From: Winogradskyella sp.
Lineage (GTDB): Bacteria > Fidelibacterota > Marinisomatia > Marinisomatales > AB-629-J13
Direction of reading: 5' to 3'
DNA length: 64,000 nucleotides
NCBI GenBank assembly: GCA_964230865.1
Contig: CAXRJK010000024.1
Span: 3,246 to 67,245, forward strand
The notes under the pieces are model-generated. The model saw only the letters and a list, made by a program, of their open reading frames with translations, did not search any database and was not told where the DNA came from. Positions 9,799-20,267 of the stretch are shown here, one piece after another; position 1 is the first letter of the stretch; each line of letters starts with the position of its first letter. A program made the position numbers and the translations under genes.

Positions 9799-10155
9799 AT
9801 GGAAATCTATAAGAAATTTTCATTTGATTCAGCACATTACCTTCCAAATCTACCTGAAGAGCATAAATGTAGACGTATGCATGGACATACATTTTATGTG
9901 ACGATTTATATTCAAGGGCCAGTTGACCCAAAAGTGGGATGGATAAAAGATTTTTTTGAAATAAAGCAAATATTCCATCCTATTCTAGAACAATTAGATC
10001 ACCGTTTATTAAATGAAATTGATGGACTCGAGAATCCAACCAGTGAATATATATCAAAATGGATATGGGAAAGATTGGCTCCTAAATTACCAGAATTATC
10101 AAAAGTTGAAGTGGCAGAAACTTGTACTACTGGTTGTATTTATACAGGAGAGTAA
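9799..10155 (+). CDS. queD: 6-carboxy-5,6,7,8-tetrahydropterin synthase
   Basis: 118 aa with PTPS-type CRRMHGHTF zinc/His motif. Adjacent to queE. Confidence 0.85.
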   Translation: MEIYKKFSFDSAHYLPNLPEEHKCRRMHGHTFYVTIYIQGPVDPKVGWIKDFFEIKQIFHPILEQLDHRLLNEIDGLENPTSEYISKWIWERLAPKLPELSKVEVAETCTTGCIYTGE

Positions 10156-10177
10156 TTAAATCAAATAGTAATTTTTT

Positions 10178-10444
10178 ATGAAAATTTTAGTCAAACAAAT
10201 TTCTAAAGAAGATTTAACAAATATGGGAGTATTTAACTGGCCTATTTGGACTTGTGAGGTATCAGAGTTCCCTTGGACCTATTCCGATAATGAGTCATGT
10301 TTTATCATTGATGGAGAGATTGAAGTCAAAACTCAAGATGAATCTGTTCACATTGGACCTGGTGATTTTATAGTTTTTCCGAAAGGGCTGAGCTGTAAGT
10401 GGAAGGTAACCAAGCCAGTTCGTAAATACTATTCATTCGGTTGA
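10178..10444 (+). CDS. small cupin-domain protein (cupin_3/DUF861-like)
   Basis: 88 aa; GDFIVFPKGLSCKW beta-barrel signature. Confidence 0.5.
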   Translation: MKILVKQISKEDLTNMGVFNWPIWTCEVSEFPWTYSDNESCFIIDGEIEVKTQDESVHIGPGDFIVFPKGLSCKWKVTKPVRKYYSFG

Positions 10445-10665
10445 GTCAACTTGAAAAATATATTGGTTGGAAGCTGAGAATAGTAATTGCACTTTCATTG
10501 TTAATTGGTTCAATTATTTTTTTTATAAAAGGTTATTCTTTTCGTTCATCTGGAGAGGCCTTTAGTCAATATTGGGTATTAGGATTGCTCATGCTTTGGG
10601 GCTCTGTATCACAAATTTCTCCAGCAATAACTAATTATTCCAATACAGAAAACAATCCAAAATAA
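10441..10665 (+). CDS. small membrane protein, unknown function
   Basis: TTG start in a TTGA overlap with the cupin stop. Two hydrophobic segments. No recognisable family. Confidence 0.35.
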   Translation: MSQLEKYIGWKLRIVIALSLLIGSIIFFIKGYSFRSSGEAFSQYWVLGLLMLWGSVSQISPAITNYSNTENNPK

Positions 10666-10691
10666 TTTTACTCTGAGCGGTTATAAACCAA

Positions 10692-12068
10692 ATGCCTGCT
10701 AGACTACTCTCCATTAATCCTGCTACAAATCAAATCATAGAATCCCATACTCAGATGTCTACAAGGGAAGTTGAAAAAAAAATTAGTTTAGCCAATTCTC
10801 AATTTAATAAATGGAAAAGAACAACAATTGAATATAGACAAAAATTAGTTAAAAATTTATCCGATCTATTGGAAGAAAGAAAAAATGACCTAGCCTTACT
10901 TATGACAAATGAGATGGGTAAAATTATTAGGGAATCAGTTACTGAGATTGAAAAGTGCGCATGGGTTTGTGATTACTATTATGAAAATGCGATCAAATAT
11001 TTAAATCCAAAAGAATCTAAAATTGATGGATTTAACACCAAGGTTTTTTATAAACCATTGGGAATAATTTTAGGAATTATGCCATGGAATTTTCCATTCT
11101 GGCAGGTTTTTCGATTTTCAATTCCAACTATATTAGCAGGGAATACAATTCTATTAAAACACGCATCTAATGTACAAGGATGTTCAAAAATTATTGAAAA
11201 ATTATTTTATGATTCAGAGTTTCCTGAAGGAGTATTTCAGTCTTTAATCATCAGTTCCGATGAAATAAAAAAGGTGATATCACATCAATTTGTATCAGCT
11301 GTAACTCTCACAGGAAGTACCGAAGCTGGAAAATCTGTTGGAGAGATAGCTGGTAAATATTTAAAAAAAACGGTACTAGAATTGGGGGGGAACGATCCCT
11401 ACATCATTTTTGATGATGCAGATATTCCCAAATCAGTTGATGCATGTTTTGAAGGACGAATGCTGAATGGGGGACAAAGCTGTATTTCTGCAAAACGTAT
11501 TATTGTTATGGAGAATGTTCACCAATATTTCACCGAATTGTTTGTTAATCGGGTAAAACAAATAAAAATGGGAGATCCCACTCATGACCGTACTGACTTA
11601 GGTACATTGGTAAATAGAGACTCTAGAGAAATACTTCATCAGCAAGTAATTAAGAGTATTAATGCTGGTGCTGAGTGTCTCATTGGAGGAAAGGTTCCAC
11701 CTGGTGATGGAGCTTTTTATCCTCCTACAGTTCTGATAAAAGTGAAGCCAGGAATGCCTGCATTTAATGAAGAATTGTTTGGGCCTGTTGCTTCAATTAT
11801 TTCTGTAAAAAATGAGGAAGAAGCTATCACATTAGCTAATCAATCCCAGTTTGGGTTAGGAGCTGCTGTGTTTACTACAAACAAAAAAAGAGGAAGAAAA
11901 ATTGCTGAAGAAAAAATTGATTCTGGAATGTGCTTTGTGAATGACTTTGTAAGGTCAGATCCTCGCTTGCCTTTTGGAGGAATAAAGGAGTCTGGTTACG
12001 GTCGGGAGCTGGGTAAGGAGGGAATGCATGCATTTGTGAATCTAAAAACTGTGGTTGAAAAAATATAA
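10692..12068 (+). CDS. NAD(P)-dependent aldehyde dehydrogenase (succinate-semialdehyde dehydrogenase-like)
   Basis: 458 aa; ELGGNDP (catalytic Glu region), GQSCISAKR (catalytic Cys), PFGGIKESGYGRE tail. Confidence 0.8.
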   Translation: MPARLLSINPATNQIIESHTQMSTREVEKKISLANSQFNKWKRTTIEYRQKLVKNLSDLLEERKNDLALLMTNEMGKIIRESVTEIEKCAWVCDYYYENAIKYLNPKESKIDGFNTKVFYKPLGIILGIMPWNFPFWQVFRFSIPTILAGNTILLKHASNVQGCSKIIEKLFYDSEFPEGVFQSLIISSDEIKKVISHQFVSAVTLTGSTEAGKSVGEIAGKYLKKTVLELGGNDPYIIFDDADIPKSVDACFEGRMLNGGQSCISAKRIIVMENVHQYFTELFVNRVKQIKMGDPTHDRTDLGTLVNRDSREILHQQVIKSINAGAECLIGGKVPPGDGAFYPPTVLIKVKPGMPAFNEELFGPVASIISVKNEEEAITLANQSQFGLGAAVFTTNKKRGRKIAEEKIDSGMCFVNDFVRSDPRLPFGGIKESGYGRELGKEGMHAFVNLKTVVEKI

Positions 12069-12081
12069 TTGTGATAGGTCA

Positions 12082-13140
12082 ATGACTGAACATGAATTAA
12101 AAAATATTTTAAAGGAGATAGGTCATATATTTTTCCCAAAAAAAATTGGAAAAACTGGTGACGAGTGGGTGGTTTCAGGTCATCTTTCGCCAGAATCTCG
12201 AATGGAAAATCTGGCAAAAGAAATAAAGCACTATTCAATTAGTGTAAATATAAAAGAAAATGGCGAAAAGATAACCCTTTTTATTAAGGATAATAAAGTA
12301 CTACTCAACATTCCTAAGATTCCGAGGATAAATGTTATATTATTTTTTATTACCATACTCACAACTCTTTTTGCTGGTGCTATGATGGAGGGAGCAAATG
12401 TGTTTCAGACACCATTGGAAATTTTTAAAGGTTTTCCATTTTCAATTGCGTTGATGCTTATTTTAGGGACTCATGAGTTTGGGCACTATTATTATGCACA
12501 GAAACACGGTGTAGATGCAACATTCCCTTATTTTATCCCTGCACCTACTATCATAGGTACGTTTGGTGCATTTATTAAAATAAAATCTCCCATTTATAAA
12601 AAGGATGCCCTATTACAAATAGGAGCAGCCGGTCCTATTGCTGGATTTATTGTAGCAGTTCCGGCTCTGATTTTTGGGTTAACTCTCTCAACTGTGATTT
12701 CTTTGGATGACACCTTCGAGGGATTGCACTTGGGAGATTCGCTGTTGATGGTAGGTTTAACAAATATGATATATCCTGGACTGGAATCTCATCAAGATAT
12801 TCTACTTCATCCTATTGCCTTTGCCGGATGGATCGGATTATTGGTAACGATGTTAAACCTTTTGCCAATCGGTCAACTGGATGGAGGACATATTGCCTAT
12901 GCCATGCTAGGTGAGAAATATGATTATGTCGCTAAAATCGCACTTTTTTCATTACTTCCCTTAAGTTATTTTACTTTGAATTGGTTGATTTGGGGTGCAT
13001 TAATTTTGATTCTTATGAGAACCATAAAACATCCTCCCGTTATGAATATCAATGAGTCTTTGTCAAAACAGGATAGGAGAATTGGCTATATGTGTTTAGC
13101 TATTTTTATCCTTTGTTTTATCCCTGCTCCGTTTCATTGA
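12082..13140 (+). CDS. site-2 protease family (M50) membrane metalloprotease
   Basis: HEFGHYYYA (HExxH) in a TM segment and a later LLPIGQLDGGH motif. Multiple TM helices. ATG 12082 preferred over the TTG at 12055, which overlaps the upstream gene. Confidence 0.75.
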   Translation: MTEHELKNILKEIGHIFFPKKIGKTGDEWVVSGHLSPESRMENLAKEIKHYSISVNIKENGEKITLFIKDNKVLLNIPKIPRINVILFFITILTTLFAGAMMEGANVFQTPLEIFKGFPFSIALMLILGTHEFGHYYYAQKHGVDATFPYFIPAPTIIGTFGAFIKIKSPIYKKDALLQIGAAGPIAGFIVAVPALIFGLTLSTVISLDDTFEGLHLGDSLLMVGLTNMIYPGLESHQDILLHPIAFAGWIGLLVTMLNLLPIGQLDGGHIAYAMLGEKYDYVAKIALFSLLPLSYFTLNWLIWGALILILMRTIKHPPVMNINESLSKQDRRIGYMCLAIFILCFIPAPFH

Positions 13141-15494
13141 GGACTCTCTTAACCAAAATCGTCATTGTTCTTTTATTTTCTTTTTCTATTTCTCAAGAAA
13201 GAATAGGAGATTGGAACTGTTATACTTCAACCTTAAATATCAGGGATATTTCTATAATTAACCAATCTGTTTATTGTGCTACTGATGGAGGAATACTTAG
13301 ATTTGATTTACTGACTCATTTGTTTACGCCCTATACAAAATTAAATGGTTTAACTACTACAAATTTATCAGTAATCGAAACCGGAAAAGATGAGCTGCTC
13401 TGGATTGGAGGAAATTCCCCGGGCATTATTCAAAGGTTTGATCCTTCAAAAGAAATGGTTATTATGGAATTTCCTTATGAATTTTCTGAAATATCACACA
13501 TTGTTTCAGGAGACTCTATTGCTTATGCAGTTTATCGAGAGAATCAGGATTGGGGATTGGCAGAATATCGATTTGATAATTTTACTTATGAACATAAGGA
13601 CCTTTATCCGGATTGGATTTTGGCTGATAATGGAATTAATGACATTGAAATAATTGGTAATTCTGTATTTGTAGGGACAGAAATAGGATTATTTCAGGGC
13701 TATACAGGCGAAAATCCAAATTTATGGACTTTAGTTTCACAAGAGGTTCAGAGAAATATTACCGACTTAGAGGTTTTAGATGAGTCCCTTTTGATTATAA
13801 TGGATTCAGAAATATATTTGATTAATCTTGAATCATATGATTTGGTAAATCTTGAGAAAGATGATCTTTCTTTAATTGAGTCTACTTCATCCGGATTTCT
13901 ATGGGGAGTGAACTCTTCTAAAAATAAACTAATAGAGGTTGAGACAAATGATTGGATTGAGCTTCCCTCTAAGGCAAATTGTCTTGTAGCTGCTAATGAC
14001 TCTCTAATAATTGTAGGACTGGAAAGAGGAATTTTAATGAAAAACCTTTATGACTCTAGTTATAACATTTTTGTTCCCAATACACTTCCCACTAACCAAA
14101 TAAGTGCATTAACAATTTTAAATGATGGCAGACTGGTTGCTGGCTCCTATAAAGGACTCTCAATTTTAGAAAATGGGGTATGGCGAAATATAATTGAAAC
14201 AACTTCTGATGAAATTCTCATTCATGAATCATTTTCAGAAGAATATTTTTCTGCAGATACAATTCCTGTGGATTTTGGAGGTTACATTGCTGATATTGAA
14301 CAGGGACCAGATGGAAAAGTATATTGCGCAATTCGGGGGACTTATCCTGAACCTCGACGCCACGGTGGAGGAATAGTCATTGTGGATGTAGACTATCCAC
14401 AGGATTTTACACTTATTGACACAACATATTTAGATTATTTTAAAGATGAATATTTGGTTGTCAAAGATTTGAAATTTGATTATCACGGTAACCTTTGGGT
14501 AGCGGATGCTTACGCAACTACTCATTTTACACCTATTCATAAAATGACCCCTACGGGGGAGTGGACCTCTTACAGCTATGACGATTCAGATTATACATTT
14601 AGTCTCACACCCAATTCTATTGAAACTGACCAATGGGGGCGAATTTGGATTGGTTTTTTTACTGGTGAGGAAAATACAGTTGATGGAGTTGTATATCCTA
14701 ACGGAGGACTGATGATGATGGAAGAAAATGAAAACTCTACGGGAGTTTCAGTTCAGTCAATATCTCTTTCCTCAATTTATTCTAACAAATCATTTTGGTC
14801 TCTTGGTATAGTAAGAGACCGTTTGTTTAGTATAAGTCCTAATGGGTTAACCTATTTTGATTTGCAGAAAAATGATAATAATCCAATCAGGAGACAAGGT
14901 CCCACGGGAATAAATGGATCTCAATTTTCCTATTTCCCGCAGGTCTCTTTTGGAGGTCCAGATCCTAGTTCTAAATTAAAGGTCGATCCCCAAAATAATA
15001 TCTGGGTAGGATCCCCCTCACAGGGAGTTTATGTTTTATTAAATGATTCACGATATTGGCCTGATGCTGGAGGTATAAGAGAGTTTGATACACCACTGCT
15101 TTCGGATCAAATTACAGATATCGTTTTTGATTCAAACAATGGCGTTTCCTATATAGCTACCAATCGAGGAATAAACTCTCTGAAAATACCATTTTCTGCG
15201 AATAGAAATGACTATTCTCAATTAAAGGTTTTTCCAAGCCCTTTTTTTATTCCATCTGAAACCCCCTTGGTTATAGCTGGTGCTATACAATTTTCTTCAC
15301 TATTAGTAACAACAATTTCAGGTAAGGTTATTTATTCAAAGAGACACTCTGAAATGGGTGTCCACGGTGATCAAATTACCTGGGATGGGAGAGATAACAG
15401 TGGTAAGTGGGCCGGAAGCGGTGTATATCTATTATCAGTATATAGTGAGGATGGATCTCATACCGTAGAGAAAATCACGGTAGTTAGAAAGTAA
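13137..15494 (+). CDS. secreted beta-propeller repeat protein (two-component-regulator-propeller-like) with a C-terminal T9SS/FlgD-Ig-like sorting domain
   Basis: TTG 13137 (TTGA overlap with the M50 stop) gives the signal peptide (M)RTLLTKIVIVLLFSFSISQE. Repetitive G..W.G propeller-like blades. The C-terminus VFPSPFF...GVYLLSVYSEDG...ITVVRK resembles T9SS CTDs. Confidence 0.6.
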   Translation: MRTLLTKIVIVLLFSFSISQERIGDWNCYTSTLNIRDISIINQSVYCATDGGILRFDLLTHLFTPYTKLNGLTTTNLSVIETGKDELLWIGGNSPGIIQRFDPSKEMVIMEFPYEFSEISHIVSGDSIAYAVYRENQDWGLAEYRFDNFTYEHKDLYPDWILADNGINDIEIIGNSVFVGTEIGLFQGYTGENPNLWTLVSQEVQRNITDLEVLDESLLIIMDSEIYLINLESYDLVNLEKDDLSLIESTSSGFLWGVNSSKNKLIEVETNDWIELPSKANCLVAANDSLIIVGLERGILMKNLYDSSYNIFVPNTLPTNQISALTILNDGRLVAGSYKGLSILENGVWRNIIETTSDEILIHESFSEEYFSADTIPVDFGGYIADIEQGPDGKVYCAIRGTYPEPRRHGGGIVIVDVDYPQDFTLIDTTYLDYFKDEYLVVKDLKFDYHGNLWVADAYATTHFTPIHKMTPTGEWTSYSYDDSDYTFSLTPNSIETDQWGRIWIGFFTGEENTVDGVVYPNGGLMMMEENENSTGVSVQSISLSSIYSNKSFWSLGIVRDRLFSISPNGLTYFDLQKNDNNPIRRQGPTGINGSQFSYFPQVSFGGPDPSSKLKVDPQNNIWVGSPSQGVYVLLNDSRYWPDAGGIREFDTPLLSDQITDIVFDSNNGVSYIATNRGINSLKIPFSANRNDYSQLKVFPSPFFIPSETPLVIAGAIQFSSLLVTTISGKVIYSKRHSEMGVHGDQITWDGRDNSGKWAGSGVYLLSVYSEDGSHTVEKITVVRK

Positions 15495-15513
15495 CTAAAT
15501 AATAACTCCAATA

Positions 15514-16443
15514 GTGAAAATATCTTCCAAGAAAATAAAAAAATGGATGAAAGAGGCAGGATTTCAAACCGTAGGTATTGCTCAGGCTAAAGCTATTCCG
15601 AAAGCTCAGCACCAATTAAAAAAATGGCTCAGTCAGGGTAGGAACGGTACAATGCACTGGATGAAAAATAGGGAAGAGGAAAGGGGAGACCTTACCCAAT
15701 ATTTTCCTGAAGCGAAAACGGTTGTTTCTGTTGGATTGAATTATTTTTCTGGTACTACCCAAAGAGATATCAAGTCTGGTTTTAAATTTAGTAATTACGC
15801 ATGGGGGGATGATTATCATGAAGTGCTGAAATCCAAATTATTTGGAGTTTTGAAAAAAATTAAAGATGTTGATTCTAGTGTGAAGGGAATTGTATGTGTG
15901 GATACATCTCCTGTGATGGAAAAAGTATGGGCTCAACAAGCAGGCTTGGGATGGCAGGGTAAACACACCAATTTAATTACCAGAGATTATGGGAGTTGGA
16001 TATTTTTAGGTGAAATGATTCTGGATATTGATTTAGAAGTGGATGCTCCCTTTTCTGAAGACCTGTGTGGCACCTGTACCGCTTGCATAGATGCCTGTCC
16101 CACGCAGGCATTAAATGAATATCAGATTGATTCACGTAAATGTATTTCCTACCTAACGATTGAGCATCGTGGAGCATTTTCAATTCCAGATGAACAAAAA
16201 TTGGATCAATGGATTTATGGGTGTGATATATGCCAAGAAGTGTGTCCGTGGAATGAGAAATTTGGGAAGTCAACTAATGAAACATCCTTTTTCCCAAGAG
16301 AAGATATTTTACACTGGGATAGAGAAAAGTGGAGCTCAATAGATGAGGATGGTTTTCGTAAATTATTTAGAAATTCAGCTGTAAAGCGAACGAAGTATAC
16401 CGGTTTGAAAAGAAATATTAAATCAAATTTAAAAAATAAATAA
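15514..16443 (+). CDS. queG: epoxyqueuosine reductase
   Basis: Two 4Fe-4S motifs, CGTCTACIDACPT and CDICQEVCPWN, plus a YLTIEHRG segment. GTG start. Confidence 0.85.
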   Translation: MKISSKKIKKWMKEAGFQTVGIAQAKAIPKAQHQLKKWLSQGRNGTMHWMKNREEERGDLTQYFPEAKTVVSVGLNYFSGTTQRDIKSGFKFSNYAWGDDYHEVLKSKLFGVLKKIKDVDSSVKGIVCVDTSPVMEKVWAQQAGLGWQGKHTNLITRDYGSWIFLGEMILDIDLEVDAPFSEDLCGTCTACIDACPTQALNEYQIDSRKCISYLTIEHRGAFSIPDEQKLDQWIYGCDICQEVCPWNEKFGKSTNETSFFPREDILHWDREKWSSIDEDGFRKLFRNSAVKRTKYTGLKRNIKSNLKNK

Positions 16444-16456
16444 AGGAGATAAGTCT

Positions 16457-17116
16457 ATGACAAGAGTTGGAGTTGTTTTATCGGGGTGTGGGGTGAATGA
16501 TGGAGCTGAAATCCACGAATCAGTTATAACAATGCTCGCACTAGATAGAGCCGGGGTGGAGATGGTCCTAATGGCACCCAATATTGACCAGATGCATGTT
16601 ATGAATCATTACGCTGGCAGTGAAATGGACGAATCTCGAAATGTTCTGGTTGAATCCGCAAGAATTGCGAGAGGAAAGATAAGGGATATGGCAGAGGTAC
16701 ATGCAACGGACGTAGATGCCTTGATTTTTCCTGGTGGATTCGGTGTAGCTAAGAATCTGTGTGATTATGCTATGACGGGAGCGAATTGTTCAGTAAACCC
16801 GGATGTTAAACGAATCACAACCGATGTTCATAAGGCAGGAAAACCAATTGGAGTTATCTGTATCGCACCAGCTATGTTTGCAAAAATTATGCAGATTGCA
16901 GGAGATTCAGTTAAATTAACCATTGGAACGGATGAACGAACAGCATCTGATATTAATACAATGGGTTCAGACCATATTTCCTGTCCCGTAGAAGATATTG
17001 TTGTAGATAAGGATAACAAGATTGTATCCACTCCTGCCTATATGCTTGCAGGAAAAATCAGTGAAGCGGCAGAGGGAATTGAGAAATTGGTTAAAGAGGT
17101 ATTGGCAATGGTCTAA
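16457..17116 (+). CDS. elbB: DJ-1/PfpI-family isoprenoid biosynthesis protein ElbB
   Basis: N-terminus VGVVLSGCGVNDGAEIHESV matches ElbB as I recall the E. coli protein. ICIAP nucleophile elbow. AAGGAG Shine-Dalgarno upstream. Confidence 0.75.
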   Translation: MTRVGVVLSGCGVNDGAEIHESVITMLALDRAGVEMVLMAPNIDQMHVMNHYAGSEMDESRNVLVESARIARGKIRDMAEVHATDVDALIFPGGFGVAKNLCDYAMTGANCSVNPDVKRITTDVHKAGKPIGVICIAPAMFAKIMQIAGDSVKLTIGTDERTASDINTMGSDHISCPVEDIVVDKDNKIVSTPAYMLAGKISEAAEGIEKLVKEVLAMV

Positions 17117-17126
17117 TAGATGACCA

Positions 17127-19946
17127 TTATTTCTCGGGGTACAGAGTCACCTGTACAATATCTCCTGTGGAAAAATATTGGTTTGCGGTTGAGTGTATGG
17201 TATCCAGAGACAACCCCTCCACCAGATCATTAAATTGATATACTAGATCAAAATCCCAATCATTTTTATCCATCATTTCAGTCACTCCTAACCAATATTG
17301 GTTTTTTTCCATATCTGTTTCAAATCTCCTTTTTTGAGTCTCTTTAACTTTTTGTAAATATTTATCTGTGGTTCCACCATCCAAAAAAAGTTTTAATTCA
17401 TTTTTCACTGCTTCAGTCAGTTCTGTGACTCTCTCAGGGTCGCATCCAAACCCGATTGAAATAGAGTATGTTTCCTTTGGGATTTTGGACATATTTCCAG
17501 TGACGCGTACACCATAGACCCCGCCCATATCTTCGCGCAACACTTCTCTTAATTTTATACGTAGGACTTCAATCATAGAGTAAAAATTATAGCGTTCCTG
17601 CCGACTCCATTTACATTTTCCAGAATAGTAAATCTGAGTGAGACTTTTAGGTTCAATACCACGAAAAACAGATTTATTGATAAGGCCTTTAGGAGGAGAA
17701 ATGTTTCTGTCTACCCAGGACTCAATTCTCCTTTTTGTTGGTAGGCTACCTAAATAGGTTAACACTAATGGTTCGATATCTTCTATAGAAAAGTTACCCA
17801 CAAATACAAAAGTGAAATCTCCAGCGTCACCAAAACGATCATTGTAAAATTGAAAAGCAGAGTCGAGATCAATTTCAGAAAGTAGTTCTGCTGTTAGAGG
17901 GCGTTTTCTATGGTGATTCTGAGAAAGTGTAACTGCCAATGAATCTTGGAATACCGCTTCCGGTCTAGATTTCCAATTTTCCAACCATCCTTTACTTCGT
18001 GCTAAATATGCATTGAAACTAATTGAATCCAATCGAGGAGATGTCATTTTCATATGGATCAGTTTAAATAGGGTTTCCAAATCCTGTGGAGTTGTTGAGC
18101 CACTTAGACCCTCATAGTAATCTGATATATAGGGTGAAATATTTAATAGTTTTCCACTTAATTTTTTTTCCAATTGAACGGATGAAAAATTGGCTATTCC
18201 ACTCTCATCAACAATATCTGAAGCCATTTGAGCAGAAAGAAAATTATCATCTTCAGCTAAAGATGTACCACCTATACTATAGGCTTTGAATAAAATCTCA
18301 TCGTTTTTAAATTGTGTTGGTTTCAATAAAACCCTGACACCATTACCAAGAGTCCATTCTGTTAGTCCAACACTAGTATGAACGTAAGTATCAATAATAG
18401 ATCCGGAAGGAGGGATGTACGCTAAGAGTGGCTCATCTAAAACCTCATCAACATAGGGTTGGAGAGTTTTAGATCTCACTTGATCAAAAAGATCCAATAT
18501 TTCTATTTCAGTTGGTATAATAACATCTTCTTTTTCCGGTGCCATAACAGAAACAGATCGGTTTATGTCTGGCATCCAATCCTTGGTGTGAGAGTTGATT
18601 TCTGTTAGGGATATTTCTGGAAGAAATTCAGTGTGCATATTTAATTCTACTTCAATTCCTGGAATAGGTTCTCCTTTCAGATAGTTATATACATATTCTC
18701 TAACATAAGATCGGGATTCGGTTTTATCTTTTTCATTAAATGCTTTTTCCATTTGTCTCATTATCTGAGTTTTTTCTCTTTCCAATTCTGTTTGGGTAAA
18801 ACCGAATATTTTAATTCGTTGTCTTTCTTCAATTAAAGTTTGAATTCCCAAGAGGATATCATTATCATTAACCAAAGCAAATAACTCAAAACCATCTTTA
18901 GTTAAAATCATATTGTCGAAATTTGCAGAACCATAAATAAGCTTTGGTTTAGCTTCTTTTGTTAGTTCTACCAATCGGTTTTTTAACATTCCAGAAAAAA
19001 GATTTTTTTTAATTCTTGTTCTGTAATCATCTATTGTTACTTCTTGTTTTTTATCAAACTTATGTCCAACCACAACGGAAGTATAAGGAGCCTCAATATC
19101 TGTGGCAATTGCAACTAGGGTATTTTCATGATCTGGAACAGGATATTTTATTCTTTTTCGAGGATTTTCAGGCATCACTAAACGATTGAAATGACGGCGA
19201 ATCAAAATTTCCGTTTCAGTTTTGTCAAAATCTCCTACTGCTACAATTGCCATTAAGTCAGGTCGGTACCAATCTGTATAGTACTTTCTAATCGTACTAT
19301 AGTGCGCGGTATCAATAACCGCTTTTTTCCCAATGGGTAATCGGGAAGCATACTGTGAATTATTTAATACTATTGGGAGAATTTTATTGAACATTCTTTG
19401 TCTAGCCCCCTGTCCTAGTCTCCACTCTTCGCCTACCACAGGACGTTCTCCATCAATATCTTCTTCTTCGAATGAAATTCCATGAGCCCAGTCTTCCAAA
19501 ATTTGGATAGCTTGAGATATAATATCCTGATCATCCGTAGGAACTTCTATCATATAAACCGTTTCATCAAAAGATGTATAGGCATTCAAATCTGGGCCAA
19601 ATGCAACTCCAATGGTTTCAAAATAATCCACCAATTCTTGTTTTTTAAAATGTTTGGTCCCGTTAAATGCCATATGTTCAACTAAATGGGCAAGCCCTTG
19701 CTGATTTTCATCTTCTAGAACGGAACCTGCGTTAACAGCTAAATAAAAATTTGCTCTTTTTTCAGGTTTTCTGTTTTCCCTGATGTAATAGGTTAGTCCA
19801 TTATCTAGTTTTCCGATGGAAACATTTGGGTCAATTGTTAATTTTTCTCTGTTTTGTGGAGATTGTAAAAGTAAAACATTATCTTTTATGGAGCCGCACC
19901 CATTAATAGCAAATAAAAGGATTGAGAGTGCTAGATATTTTTTCAT
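17127..19946 (-). CDS. M16 (pitrilysin/insulinase) family zinc peptidase, lipoprotein, 939 aa
   Basis: Inverted zinc motif HLVEHMAFNGT (HxxEH). Lipobox LFAINGC. Duplicated M16 halves, judging by length. Confidence 0.85.
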   Translation of the reverse strand: MKKYLALSILLFAINGCGSIKDNVLLLQSPQNREKLTIDPNVSIGKLDNGLTYYIRENRKPEKRANFYLAVNAGSVLEDENQQGLAHLVEHMAFNGTKHFKKQELVDYFETIGVAFGPDLNAYTSFDETVYMIEVPTDDQDIISQAIQILEDWAHGISFEEEDIDGERPVVGEEWRLGQGARQRMFNKILPIVLNNSQYASRLPIGKKAVIDTAHYSTIRKYYTDWYRPDLMAIVAVGDFDKTETEILIRRHFNRLVMPENPRKRIKYPVPDHENTLVAIATDIEAPYTSVVVGHKFDKKQEVTIDDYRTRIKKNLFSGMLKNRLVELTKEAKPKLIYGSANFDNMILTKDGFELFALVNDNDILLGIQTLIEERQRIKIFGFTQTELEREKTQIMRQMEKAFNEKDKTESRSYVREYVYNYLKGEPIPGIEVELNMHTEFLPEISLTEINSHTKDWMPDINRSVSVMAPEKEDVIIPTEIEILDLFDQVRSKTLQPYVDEVLDEPLLAYIPPSGSIIDTYVHTSVGLTEWTLGNGVRVLLKPTQFKNDEILFKAYSIGGTSLAEDDNFLSAQMASDIVDESGIANFSSVQLEKKLSGKLLNISPYISDYYEGLSGSTTPQDLETLFKLIHMKMTSPRLDSISFNAYLARSKGWLENWKSRPEAVFQDSLAVTLSQNHHRKRPLTAELLSEIDLDSAFQFYNDRFGDAGDFTFVFVGNFSIEDIEPLVLTYLGSLPTKRRIESWVDRNISPPKGLINKSVFRGIEPKSLTQIYYSGKCKWSRQERYNFYSMIEVLRIKLREVLREDMGGVYGVRVTGNMSKIPKETYSISIGFGCDPERVTELTEAVKNELKLFLDGGTTDKYLQKVKETQKRRFETDMEKNQYWLGVTEMMDKNDWDFDLVYQFNDLVEGLSLDTIHSTANQYFSTGDIVQVTLYPEK

Positions 19947-19964
19947 GTTTATCTTCCTTATTGT

Positions 19965-19988
19965 ATAAAAAAAGCCCGTGAGGGCTTT
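19965..19988 (-). terminator. rho-independent terminator after rpmA
   Basis: The minus-strand RNA reads AAAGCCC-UCAC-GGGCUUU followed by UUUUAU. It lies 27 nt after the rpmA stop. Confidence 0.75.
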
Positions 19989-20015
19989 AAAATTATTATA
20001 GTATACCAGTTCTTA

Positions 20016-20267
20016 TCAGGAGATGACACTGACAGTTTTTCTGTTTTGTCCTTTCTTTTGAAACTTTACAACTCCCGAAGCAGTCGCAAATAAACTATCA
20101 TCCTGAGCTCTCTTAACATTAATACCCGGGTGAAATTTTGTCCCCCTTTGCTTTAATATAATTCCGCCAGAAAGTATGGATTGACCATCAGCTACCTTTA
20201 CACCTAAACGTTTTGCATTGGAATCACGTCCATTCCTTGAGCTTCCTTGACCTTTCTTATGTGCCAT
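20016..20267 (-). CDS. rpmA: 50S ribosomal protein L27
   Basis: [25 protein letters not shown]-terminus. Confidence 0.95.
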   Translation of the reverse strand: MAHKKGQGSSRNGRDSNAKRLGVKVADGQSILSGGIILKQRGTKFHPGINVKRAQDDSLFATASGVVKFQKKGQNRKTVSVIS

